Of a stretch of 52,130 nucleotides of DNA, positions 1 through 11,179 are shown piece after piece. The translations under genes and the position numbers were made by a program. The stretch comes from Nemertoderma westbladi (lineage: Eukaryota; Animalia; Xenacoelomorpha), in contig JAUCBJ010003209.1 in the NCBI GenBank assembly GCA_032718475.1, forward strand, positions 1-52,130, written 5' to 3'. The first letter of the stretch is position 1. Each line of letters begins with the position of its first letter. Below the pieces are notes generated by a model. The model was not told the origin of the DNA. It made no database searches and saw only the letters and a program-made list of their open reading frames with translations.

Positions 1-27
1 CTACCGCTAGAGGGTGAAATGTCTGAA

Positions 28-596
28 TGTTAGCTTATCCAATTCCGCTAACACAAACCCATAGAGTGAGCCATAAAGCAATATTGGGAGCACGAGGTTG
101 ATTACCAATCAACCTCGTGTCAGCCCAGTAAACGGGGACAATAGGCCCCAAAGGAGACACACACAATAAGGGTCAGGGGTTACTCCCCTGACAAGAGAGA
201 GAATAGCTGGGGTGAACGGGAAACACACCAGGGAAGGTGAAGGGGCGAGAAGTGGGATATCAACCAATCAGAGGGGGGAAAGGCATCGATTGAGTAGCAA
301 TATGGCCAACCGTGCAGTATATTACCTGTTGGTGCTCCCCTATTCAGTCAGTTATCTCAGTCGGTCAGTACAGTCAGGTAGTACGGTGACAGTTAGGACC
401 GTCACCGCCGTCATCACATTACCGGTACCAGTGCAGCAGTATTCAGTGCTATCTGCTATTGTACCTATACGCTATATGTTATCTCAATTTATATCCTTAA
501 CAACAACGTCAGAACAACAACTCTTTTCATCCACACGGCGGGGACGCGTACTTAACCAATACCGGATAAACCGGGATCCTCTCGGATCCCGTCACA
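28..596 (+). repeat. 5' LTR of the small LTR element
   Basis: TGTTAG...GTCACA, near-identical to 1260-1828. Contains hairpins at 91-119, 384-407 and 572-591. Confidence 0.93.
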
Positions 597-1259
597 GTCC
601 TAACTAGTTAGCAAAGCTAGTGGAGTAGAGTTTGCAGAGCTAGTGGAGTAGAGTTAGTAGAGCTAGTTAGCAGAGTTGGTAGACTCAGAGGAGTCAAGTA
701 GAGTTAGTAGAAGTAGAGAGTTAGTAGGAGTTAGTTAGACTTAGTAGAAAGTTAGAGTCAGTAGAAAGTTAGAGGCTCTCAGTTAGAGCTAGAAGTAGTA
801 AGAGTTAGTAGTTAGCAGAGTTAGTTAGATAGTTAGAGTTAGTAAGCAGTAGGTAGATTATGATAGCACAGGGGTAGCATTAGAGATTAAAGCCTTAGGG
901 AGTGACAAGAGAGTGGAGAGGTGATAGTGCGGAGTGCGAAGAGAGCGTGGGCACAATTCAAGTGTGGGGGAGGAGAAGTGAGAGGAAGAGTGTGGGACGA
1001 GGAGGTCCGGGGGTATGCGAGAGTTGGAGTAGAGTGGTGAGAGTGTTGGGGAAACAAAAATTGTGTGAGAGAAGCGCACAATCGGCCCGACACGAGACGC
1101 CAGAGGGTAGTGACATCATACCCATAGGGAGCGGCCTGGAAAGCCGACTCCGAAAAAATAGACCCACCACACACCCGATAATAGATCGGGATCCAGCGGA
1201 ATTGTAGCGCACTTGAGTTGGATGCTATCTTCTTACCGGGAAGATAGCATGGGGGGGAG

Positions 1260-1828
1260 TGTTAGCTTATCCAATTCCGCTAACACAAACCCATAGAGTG
1301 AGCCATAAAGCAATATTGGGAGCACGAGGTTGATTACCAATCAACCTCGTGTCAGCCCAGTAAACGGGGACAATAGGCCCCAAAGGAGACACACACAATA
1401 AGGGTCAGGGGTTACTCCCCTGACAAGAGAGAGAATAGCTGGGGTGAACGGGAAACACACCAGGGAAGGTGAAGGGGCGAGAAGTGGGATATCAACCAAT
1501 CAGAGGGGGGAAAGCCATCGATTGAGTAGCAATATGGCCAACCGTGCAGTATATTACCTGTTGGTGCTCCCCTATTCAGTCAGTTATCTCAGTCAGTCAG
1601 TACAGTCAGGTAGTACGGTGACAGTTAGGACCGTCACCGCCGTCATCACATTACCGGTACCAGTGCAGCAGTATTCAGTGCTATCTGCTATTGTACCTAT
1701 ACGCTATATGTTATCTCAATTTATATCCTTAACAACAACGTCAGAACAACAACTCTTTTCATCCACACGGCGGGGACGCGTACTTAACCAATACCGGATA
1801 AACCGGGATCCTCTCGGATCCCGTCACA
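1260..1828 (+). repeat. 3' LTR of the small LTR element
   Basis: Preceded by the PPT and followed by the TSD CTGAA. Confidence 0.93.
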
Positions 1829-1936
1829 CTGAAAGTTAACATCTTCTCCAACTTGTTATTTACTAACGGTTTAGACTGAAACTTGGTAGGCTTCTACTAC
1901 AGCATAGGCTGTACCTTTTCGGAGTCACAGAGTTCT

Positions 1937-1997
1937 AAGTGGTTAGCATAACTGAACGTTTTTCGGGAGACGCGGGTTCGATCCCCGCTGGTGGCAG
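1937..1997 (+). mobile_element. tRNA-derived SINE head / Pol III promoter remnant
   Basis: A-box-like gtggttagc and B-box ggttcgatccc at tRNA-like spacing. No complete cloverleaf. Confidence 0.5.
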
Positions 1998-2879
1998 TCC
2001 GTATCTGCCGCTAGAGGGCGAAATATCTGATAGTGAACACCTCATCCCATTTGGTTCTTTTTAATCCTATTGAGCTGGAACTTGGCAGGAGTCTACTACA
2101 GCCTATTCTGTATCTTTACGGAGTCCCAGAGTCGTCTACAGTTCTTCAGTCTACCGCTAGAGGGTGAAATGTCTGAATGTGAACATCTACACCAATTTTG
2201 TTATTTACAATCTGTTTAAGCTGAAACTTGAAAGGCAGGCATTTTACTTCACCATAAACCCAATCTTTACCAAACTGCAGCGCCGTCTGCATTTCACCAG
2301 TCCGCAGGTAGAGGGTGGATCTGAAAGTGATCATTTTCTGGAAATTTTGTTATTTACAATCTGCCTAAAGTTGAAACTTGACAGTTATCTCTTATGGGGG
2401 TGGTGTTTTATTTAATGATGGTGTCTGTTCCGTATGCAGTTCTCAAATCTCCCACACATATTCATATATCATCTGCACGTGCACTAGAAAGCTGTGGCCC
2501 GAAGGGCCACAGGCTTTCTAGTATATAGATAAGTTTAATTCAGAGTTATAATTGTCAGTCAGATTACAGTATTAATAATAAAATTCGAAACGGTACGGCA
2601 GTACGATAGTTATAAAGTATGATCATATATATAGAGATAACATAAGATAAATATATTTCAACTGCAGATCGCAGCCATTATCAATCACTGAATCAGATAA
2701 TTCATTGGTAACCGGTAGTGGTACATTCTGTTGCTTAAATATAAATTCTTATACAGTATGAGATAGTAGTGAATATTGCACAAAACGAACTTACTACAGA
2801 ACCAATTATTACTATTACACCAAATAAACACGTGAATGAAATCACCCAACTACAGTCGAATCGCAACTTTTAACACACA

Positions 2880-4095
2880 ACATAGTATAATCCACAACTG
2901 TAACTGCCGATGATGATAACAAACTCCAGTGAAATACAATAACAGGAGTGGCCATAACTGCCGATGCTGATAACTCATTGCCATGCCATACAATAACAGG
3001 CGTGGCCGCACCACCAATGATGACAACTTACTGCCATAACATACAATAACAGGAATAGCTGTCACTGCCAATGATGATAACTCATTCCCATGACATACAA
3101 TAACATGAGCAGCCATCACCACCTATGATGATAACTCACTCCCGTGGCATAAAATAACATGAGTGGCCGCACCACCGATGATGATTACTCACTGCCCTGA
3201 CATACAATAACATAACAGGAGCGGCGATCACGACTGATTATAATAACTCACTCCCATGACATACAATATCATAACAGGAGCGGCGATCACTACTGATTAT
3301 GATAACTCACTCCTGTGATATACAATAACAGGAGTGGCCGCACCACCAATGATGATAACAGTTCTCCTCTGACATACTATAACAGTGGCAGCCGTCACTG
3401 CCGATGATGATAACTCATTTCCATGACATACAATAACATGAGCAGCCATCACCACCTATGATGATGTCTCACTCCAATGACATACAATAACAGCAGTGGC
3501 GGTCACTGCTGATGATTATAACTCCTCTACTGACATACAATAGCAGGAACGGTTATTACTGCCGATGACCGCCAAGATGATAACTTACTCCTGTGACATA
3601 CAATAGCAGGAGCAGCTGCACCACTGATGATGATAACAAACTCCTGTGACATACAATAACAGGAGTGGCTGCACCATTGATGATGATAACAAACTCCAGT
3701 GACATACAATAACAGGAGTGGCCGCTACTGCTGATGATGATAACTCATTCCCATGACATACAATAACATGAGCAGCCATCACCACTTATGATGATAACTC
3801 ACTGCCATGACATACAATAGCAGGAATGGCCATTACTGCTGATGCCTGCCAAAGATGATAACTCACTCCCGTGACATACAATAGCAATAGTGGCCATTAA
3901 TGGTGATGACCGCCAAAGATGATAACTTACTCCCGTGACATACAATAGCAGGAACAGCTGCACCACTGATGATGATAACAAACTCCTGTGACATACAATA
4001 ACAGGAGTGGCCGCACCACCAATGATGATAACTCACTCCTCTGACATACAATAACAGGAGTGGCTGCACCACCGATGATGATAACTTACTCCCAT
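2880..4095. repeat. Minisatellite, ~53-bp unit (~20 diverged copies)
   Basis: Unit gatgataacaaactcctgtgacatacaataacaggagtggctgcaccattgat, with internal inverted repeat actcctgt/acaggagt. Confidence 0.9.
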
Positions 4096-4199
4096 TTCGT
4101 TTCACAATATAAGTTACATAAATCAAATCACAGTGAACCAGTTTTTTTTTATCGTAGTGCATATATCGTTTTTGGTGCTAGTGTATTGTGACGAATGAT

Positions 4200-4430
4200 T
4201 TTAACTCTCGATATTTTTACTTGCGATAATTTTATTCACGGCATTTTTACTCTTGATATTTTTACTCTCGATATATTTTACTCTCGATATTTTTACTTTC
4301 GATACTTTTACTCTCGATATTTTACTCTCGATATTTTTACTTTAGATATTTTTGCTCTCAATATTTTTTAAACTCTCGATATTTTTAAACTCTCGATATT
4401 TTTAAACTCTCAATATTTTTAATCTCAATA
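4200..4430. repeat. Minisatellite, ~15-17-bp unit
   Basis: Repeated tttttactctcgata. Confidence 0.85.
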
Positions 4431-4552
4431 TTATTTGTGCTTTGCTTTTTTGGCACACATCGAAAATACACTTTGACACATCTTAAAATTTATTTTCAGA
4501 CATTCTATATTTGCGTGTGTTATTATTTATATCTTCATTATTTGCATTGCAG

Positions 4553-5773
4553 GTTTCCGAGTTAGGCCATCAGCTGAATGACATGGTGCTACATTGTAGT
4601 TTTAATGGTAAACCATGCAATGTGTTTAAGGAGTTCCAACATAAAAACTATGGCAACTGTTTTACATTCAATGCACGAAAAGATGATAAACCATTAGTAG
4701 ATCAACATATTACACAATTCCTTGAACAGAGTTTGAAACTGACATTGAATGTTGAAACTAGTGAATATTTTGGGTTCATGTCACATTCTACAGGAATCAG
4801 GGTGTCTGTTCATTCAGCCTCGGAACACCCGGAACCCTTTACTGATGGAATTACTATTTTACCTGGGAGACACACACATATAGCTGTAAAGAAAATGGTC
4901 AAACAACTAGAACCTCCGCCATATATACAATGTCTGGATAACTTGGAAATTACCAAAGCCCTCCAGGAGTACACTGAATATAATAATATTTATAGTTATT
5001 CTTCTTACCTATGTAGGCAGTATTGTTTGCAAAAGAAGATGCTAGAAGAATGTGGATGTATAGATGATTACTTTATAAAGGAAGATGTATTTGTATGTGG
5101 AATAATAAATACAGAATTTTCAATAAATAATTCCGATTGTGCAAAATTCATCAGAGAAATGTTCAATGCTAACAACTATACATGCAACCAATGCCTACCA
5201 CCATGTAATCAAACATATTATGACATTGAAACTAGCCAATCATTGTGGCCATCAGAAAAGTACCTGGGTCATGTGCTTTTGAAAACAATGAAAGAAACGA
5301 AATCTTCAGCTTTTGTAAAGTGGTTTATGGATATAGCAGACATCGCATGCACCGAGTCATTAATGAAATGGGTTGATTCATCCATTAACAGTACATTCAG
5401 TTCCCACCAATCCATCCTTCATGATACATGCAAGCAAAACTTCCAATCTTTTATACTTTCAAATAAAGATTATCGGCAATTTATTTTGAAAGAATTTCGA
5501 AATAATATAGCTAGCCTGGAAGTCGCTTTCAAGACAATGGATGTTCATACAATAACAGAGTCTCCTAAATATTTGTGGCAGGATCTCCTTAGCAACATTG
5601 GTGGTGCTTTAGGTTTATGGATAGGGATGAGCTTGCTGACAATATTTGAGTTCATTGAATTACTATGGGTTCTTCTCTTTAGAGGAAATATCCTCGGGAA
5701 GATAACAGGAACACTGTGTAAATGGCGAAAATCCCAAATAATAAACCCAAACATTGAAAATCATATATGTTAA
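4553..5773 (+). CDS. Terminal coding exon of a DEG/ENaC/ASIC-family amiloride-sensitive channel subunit (C-terminal ~406 aa; upstream exons outside the window)
   Basis: Acceptor tttgcattgcAG at 4551-4552, phase 0. Motifs CSFNGKPC, YGNCFTFN, GIRVSVH, Cys-rich thumb (CRQYCLQKKMLEECGC...CLPPCNQTYY), WPS, and TM2 LLSNIGGALGLWIGMSLLTIFEFIE. Uninterrupted ORF to TAA. Confidence 0.93.
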   Translation, partial: VSELGHQLNDMVLHCSFNGKPCNVFKEFQHKNYGNCFTFNARKDDKPLVDQHITQFLEQSLKLTLNVETSEYFGFMSHSTGIRVSVHSASEHPEPFTDGITILPGRHTHIAVKKMVKQLEPPPYIQCLDNLEITKALQEYTEYNNIYSYSSYLCRQYCLQKKMLEECGCIDDYFIKEDVFVCGIINTEFSINNSDCAKFIREMFNANNYTCNQCLPPCNQTYYDIETSQSLWPSEKYLGHVLLKTMKETKSSAFVKWFMDIADIACTESLMKWVDSSINSTFSSHQSILHDTCKQNFQSFILSNKDYRQFILKEFRNNIASLEVAFKTMDVHTITESPKYLWQDLLSNIGGALGLWIGMSLLTIFEFIELLWVLLFRGNILGKITGTLCKWRKSQIINPNIENHIC

Positions 5774-5829
5774 TAATCCTGGACAATTAATTACCCCACA
5801 CTTCCTCCCGTAGTGCTCATTTAAATGGC

Positions 5830-6475
5830 AATGGTTCCGGTCAATGGATCCGTCCAATTAAGCAATGGGTCCGGCCAACGGGTCCGGTCAATTGAGCAAT
5901 GGGTCAGGTCAATGGGTCTGGCCAACAGGTCCGGTCAATTGAGCAATGGGTACAGTCAATGGGTCCAGCCAACGGGTCCAGTCTATTGAGCAATGGGTCC
6001 GGCCAACGGGTCCAGTCAATTGAGCAATGGGTCAGGTCAATGGATCTGGCCAACAGGTCCGGTCAATTGAGCAATGGGTACAGTCAATGGGTCCAGCCAA
6101 CGGGTCCAGTCTATTGAGCAATGGGTCTGGCCAACGGGTACGGCAAATTGAGCAATGGGTCCGGCCAATGGGTCCGGTCAATTGAGCAATGGGTCTGGTC
6201 AATGGGTCCGGTCAATTGAGCGGTCCGGCCAACGGGTCCGGCCCACGGGTCCGGCCAATTGTGCAATGGGTCCGGTCAAGGGATTCGGTCAATGGGTCTG
6301 GCCAATGGGTCCGTCCAATTGAGGAATGGGTCCGGCCAACGAGTCCCGTCAATTGAGCAATGGGTCCGGCCAACGGGTCCAACCAATTGAACAATGGGTC
6401 CAGTCAATGGATCCGGTCAAATGGTCTGGCCAATTGGTCTGGCCAATGGGTCCGCCCAGCCAATGGGTCTGGTCA
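5830..6475. repeat. Minisatellite, 13-bp unit with ~34-bp higher-order repeat
   Basis: caatgggtccggt / caacgggtccggc units interleaved with caattgag. Confidence 0.9.
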
Positions 6476-7202
6476 GTAGCTTCTGCCTCAAACACATCTT
6501 CTTATATTGGCTTCCCCTCTCTAGACTTATTACCGTAATTATTTTTCTTTCAAACTCGTGAACTCTAATTATTATGTGGATTTTCACAATTAAGACTTGC
6601 ATAAAGATTTTTAGATTTTTTTAGATTTAAAGATTTTTAGGCCTATAGTTTGGGGTAAAATTACATCTATAACTTTATACAGTACAAATTGTATGTCACA
6701 TATAGCATGGCAGCATGGTTTATCAATTTACAATACTTAGACAAAATTAAATAGACAAAATTTACAGCATACTGAAGATTAGGCCTTCATTGTAGTTCAG
6801 CTTTCGACAACGAATTCCTAATCAGCGATTTTGGTAGAATTTAATACATAATAGAATAGTTACAAGTTCAACGTGAAGTAGTCCTGCGCACTAACTGGTG
6901 CTGGCTGCTCATCTACGACTTCCAACTCTGGGAGTCCGACGAAGCAATCCGGACGAGACCAGAACACCATTCCTCCACTCCTCTACTCTTCCACTCTTGT
7001 CGTCTACTCAGTTGTCCTCAGTGGTCCCTTCGTTGATTAACAACATAACATTTAGATAACAGGGGATGGACGAGCTGTCATTTTGTCTGTCAATGTTTAA
7101 ACTCTTCAGTTATTCGTTGTGTTAATGTTTAAACTGTTAATCTGTTCGTTGTTGTCAAACAGTTTCTTCCATGTCTCTCTGCCAGAGTTTAATCTCCCCG
7201 GA

Positions 7203-8920
7203 GTACTACTACTACTACTAGGATCGGCATGCTGCATTGCAGCTGCATTTTTAAGAATACTGTGCCGGCTTATCGACAAAATTGCACCGCCACAACTCCC
7301 TATCACCCATGACATTTGCTATATCATCCGCATCTTCAAGGCCCGTGTCCTTTAAGATGCGTCTCAAGAAAGTCATGGGCTGTCCACCATGCTTATTCAC
7401 TCCATGAGGCTGCCAAAGTACACGATTATGCACTGGCTGGTCCTACGGCGAAAGCAATGTCCTGCAAAGCGGAGGCGATTTTGTTCTAGTGTCAAGCTTG
7501 GGGGAACCAATGAGACACCTCCAATGTTATATAGTGTCTGGTTGGAGATGTGTGCATTGTACTTGACACAATGAACCCGGCGTAGCATTCTTGTGAATGT
7601 GCCATCCAGAGATTTGGTGTCCTCAGCAGTTAGAGCCCAGCATGGACTCCCATAGAGGAGTACTGGAACTACTGCTGCTCTAAATAATCGGACCTTAAGT
7701 TTCCGATTAATTCGCGGTGACTTCCAAATCCTGGAAAGCCTATTCAAGGCTGCCCATGCCTTTCCCTTATGTATTCGAAAGTACTTGGACCTGACTTCCG
7801 GATCCATGATCCCAGGTAACAGAAGTCGTCCACATGCTCAAGCATACCATCATACCAAGCTCCCTCTAGTGATTCTGAGAGTACTCCTAAGTCATCAGCA
7901 AAGTCTAGATCGGTTGGGTACTTGGCAGGATTTCTTCGACTTCTGGAGCCAGTAGGTGGAGTTATCATCACCCTATCATCATTATGATGATCTAAGGACA
8001 TGCGTAGAACACAGTCAACCACAATTATGAACAAGAATGGTGCAAGTGTGTCTCCCTGGGGGACGCCCCATAACACTTCAAATGGTTCTGTGTCACCCTC
8101 AACAGTTGTCAAAATGTTGTCGAACCATCGTAAACTGATCTGATTGCTGCAATAATTTCATCAGAGGAATCCCATATAATGAAAGTATGTTGAGCATACG
8201 TGAGCGAGAGACTGAATCAAAGGCCTTGAAGAAATCAACAAAGATAACAGCCAGATGCCTGTCTTTCTTTTTTGATAACTCTTCAATTATCCTTCTAAGT
8301 GCCAAAATGGGCTCCATGGTTCCACGACCTTTACGGAACCCTTTCTGATTTCCACGGAGCAGTCTCTCAATGGGATCCCTGATACGATTTAATAGAATTC
8401 TATTGTATAGTTTTGCAGCTATCGAGATCAATGAGATTCCCCGAAAAGAACCATAGTGTTAGGTTGCCCTTCTTGGGAACTGGCACCAACTTATTTGTTT
8501 TCATTTCTTGTGGGACTCTTGTTGTTCGGTACATGTCTACTATGATGGGATAGATGAGCTTTAAACACTCAGATATTTTAAAGACCTCAGGGGGAACACC
8601 ATCTACTCCACTGGCACGATTGGTCTTAATGCTCTTTGCAGCAGCCTTCACTTCTGCAAAGGAGATATCGCCAATTCGAATATCTGGGAGTACAGACTCA
8701 GACACTTTTACTTCTATAAAGTTATCAGGCAATACCCTGTCATTATTTAGGAGCTTTTCAAAGTGGGCCTTCCAACCATTAAGGCGATCGGCTGGTGATT
8801 CAGCCTTAACCTTGGTGGTTGGTTGGCTTTTCCGCTCAGTAAGCAAGTTGATCGATTTCCATGCCTGGGATGATTGCCTGCTGTCGTCAGCTTCATTGAT
8901 GGCATCAACCTGTTGGTTTA
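7203..8920 (-). mobile_element. 5'-truncated, frameshifted RTE-clade non-LTR retrotransposon
   Basis: RT fragments QKGFRKGRG, FVDFFKAFDSV, GVPQGDTLAPFLF, DFADDL, FCYLGS, LLYGSPCW split across 4-5 frames. (TAG)n tail at 7203-7220 on the minus strand. Confidence 0.9.
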
Positions 8921-9539
8921 TTAGTAGTGTTGAGAACTGTAACTGTAATTATACTGTAACTGCAACTGTAACTGAATGATTTTGATGATTTTTTGATACT
9001 GTAACAATAGCTGTAACGGAAACTGAAATTAACAAAAATCGATTCAGTTCACAAACACACAATTAACATGATCATTTAAAACAGTATTGTAATAGTGTAG
9101 AGTACAGTTTAATAAATTAATAACAGTAGTGGTTACTGTTAGCGCTTTTAGTAAATTATGTTCCTTCAATCTCAATTTCATATATTTGTGACTTGGAGCA
9201 TTCAAAGCTGAGAATTCATGCATTTATAACGTTCTAAACTTCTGGTCTGACACAATAAACGGGATTGCGCTAGTGTACCTGTCAACAAGGGCCGCTTACT
9301 GTATCGATCGCTTCCCCTTTGCCTTCCTCTCATAAGTTGGTTTACTCTATAACTTATTTGGTTCAATACGGTATTTGATTATCTATTGTATTTAACTGAG
9401 ATACGATACCGGGAGGGTGTGACAACACAATATAACAAGCAAATGGCTGACTAATTAATTCTATAAGGACTCAAGTGCAGTATTTGTGTTTCTCTTTAGG
9501 AGAAACGTATAGTGACTTGCCTCTATGTACGATTTTCAG

Positions 9540-10809
9540 GGGTGTAAAATACATTGGAAAATATTTAAAAATGATATGATTACTATAAATGGCTGTTTAG
9601 TCCTCTCTGCGTAGGAAAAAAATGAAAAAAACAAGTAACCAGCACTTTTCAGTTAGAACACAAATTCCATTAATTCACTTATACGATGCTATAAATTCGC
9701 ATTTTCAGGTTTTCGAGGGCGCTGATTTTAATGGAATACATTTCCAATATGCCAGATCATTGCTACTTTATTTTTCGGCGTAATTTGGCAAATTTTGGTG
9801 CTAGCACCAAATTTCGTACCCATCACCAAAAAGTACAAGTTTGCGATGTCCAGTGCTGTTTTTATTCAGGACCCTCATAAACCCGTATAACGCAAGAAAC
9901 AAGGTGATACTATCTACTGATCAATTTGCATATTTTCCAAAATTTGGTGCTGGCACAACAACTTTCAGTCACCCGCGAAAAATACAAGTTTGAGAACTCT
10001 TATTGAAATTTTTACTGATTACATTGAATTCAGAACCATCACAAACCCGTTTAACGCAAGAAACAAGGTGACACAATCAGTTTATATATTTGATGGTTTT
10101 CAAAATTTGGTGCTAGCACCACATTTTGCACCCACATCCGAAAAATATAAGTTTGATATGTCTAGTTCGATAATTATATATTCCATTGAATTCAGAACAG
10201 CCATAAAGCTCTAAAACGCAAGAAATAAATTGTCACAAGCAATTTTATATATTGAATAGATTTTCAAAATTTCACGCTAGCACCAAAATTTGCACACAGC
10301 ACCGAAAAATACAAGTTTGATACGCTTGGTGCAACTCGTATATATTTCATCGAATCCAGAACCACAAAAATCCAAATTGCGTAAAAAACAAGTTTCAAAC
10401 AATCAATTTACAAAATTGACATATTTCAAAATTTGGTGCTGGTACCAAAATTTGGCACCCACCGAAAAAAACAAGTTTGAAATTTCTAAATCAATTTATA
10501 TGAATTCCATCCAATTTCTAACACCAAAAAACCGGTGTAAATCAAAAATAGAGATGTTACAATTCATATTTAATGAAATGTAATTTTCAAAAAACGTCTC
10601 AAAAAAAGTGCCAAAAGTAGGGTTAAAAAATGGTGCTATAACGCGAAAAGTACCCAATATTTTTGAAAACGGTTTTCACTACTAGGAAGACAATAGATTT
10701 TTAGGAAAAGTCATAAAATTTCAGATTTCCAACTGCGTTTGTTTCAGAATTATAATAAAAAAACCACGGGGAGGGTCATATTGACCCCCCCCCCCCGGGT
10801 TTAATAGGG
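9540..10809 (-). mobile_element. piggyBac-like non-autonomous element, partial copy (one terminus)
   Basis: Terminus ...ccgggtttaataggg|TTAA (10810-10813). Inverted homolog of 17397-18547. Internal ~120-bp subrepeats centred on the palindrome aatttggtgctagcaccaaatt. Confidence 0.75.
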
Positions 10810-11179
10810 TTAACGGATATATATTTTACATTATTAATTATTAATGTTACTGGTACTATTAACATCATAATCACACTAGAGCCACACTGGAAATTAAATT
10901 TTGATCAAGTTTACCATTATAAATTACAAAATTACAATTAAACTTAAAAGTGAAAGGAGCAGCTTATCGATGTGGGTCTAATCAAAACAATAAATATATG
11001 ATTACTAAAACAAATTACGAATTAAGGGAAATGAGCAGGATTCAGAAGCATGGCTTTTATAACCAAAACAATAAATGATAACAGTACAAGCACTGAAACA
11101 AGACGTACTGTAAAATGTGGGTGCCTTTAGTGTGATCTTGTGACGTGCCACTTTCATTACATACTATCAGTACACTCTT

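Larger units (their letters stand above)
28..1828 (+). mobile_element. Non-autonomous LTR retroelement (TRIM/LARD-like) with non-coding interior
   Basis: Two 569-bp direct repeats, TG...CA (28-596, 1260-1828), with only 2 mismatches seen. 5-bp TSD CTGAA (23-27, 1829-1833). PPT gggggggag (1251-1259). The 663-bp interior has no gag/pol similarity. Confidence 0.93.
1..2521 (+). mobile_element. Putative non-autonomous Helitron/Helentron-like element (5' end outside window) with internal ~150-bp tandem repeats
   Basis: Unit ctaccgctagagggtgaaat...ttgttattta...ctgaaacttg recurs at ~1, ~2006, ~2152 and ~2303. The region ends in the hairpin ctagaaagc-tgtggccc-gaa-gggccaca-g-gctttctag (2484-2521), terminating CTAG then T, as at Helitron 3' ends. 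Confidence 0.5.

Noticed and set aside
212-1839. Duplicated 131-aa ORFs and internal short ORFs
   Set aside because: They lie in the LTRs or low-complexity interior, the duplicated ones start at GTG, and none has a recognisable domain.
1937-1997. Functional tRNA gene
   Set aside because: Only A/B boxes are recognisable, with no convincing acceptor or anticodon stems.
4511-4552. ORF-track start of the channel gene (apparent signal peptide MRVLLFISSLFALQ)
   Set aside because: TTG start within a pyrimidine-rich intron end. DEG/ENaC proteins need an N-terminal TM1, which is missing here, so this is a spliced exon.
2850-6538. Repetitive ORFs in the 53-bp and 13-bp minisatellites
   Set aside because: Unit lengths are not multiples of 3, so frames are open by chance.
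9780-10470. Regularly spaced palindrome aatttggtgctagcaccaaatt resembling a CRISPR array (also 17750-18440)
   Set aside because: The spacers are ~100 bp and homologous to each other, there are no cas genes and the context is eukaryotic. These are transposon subrepeats.
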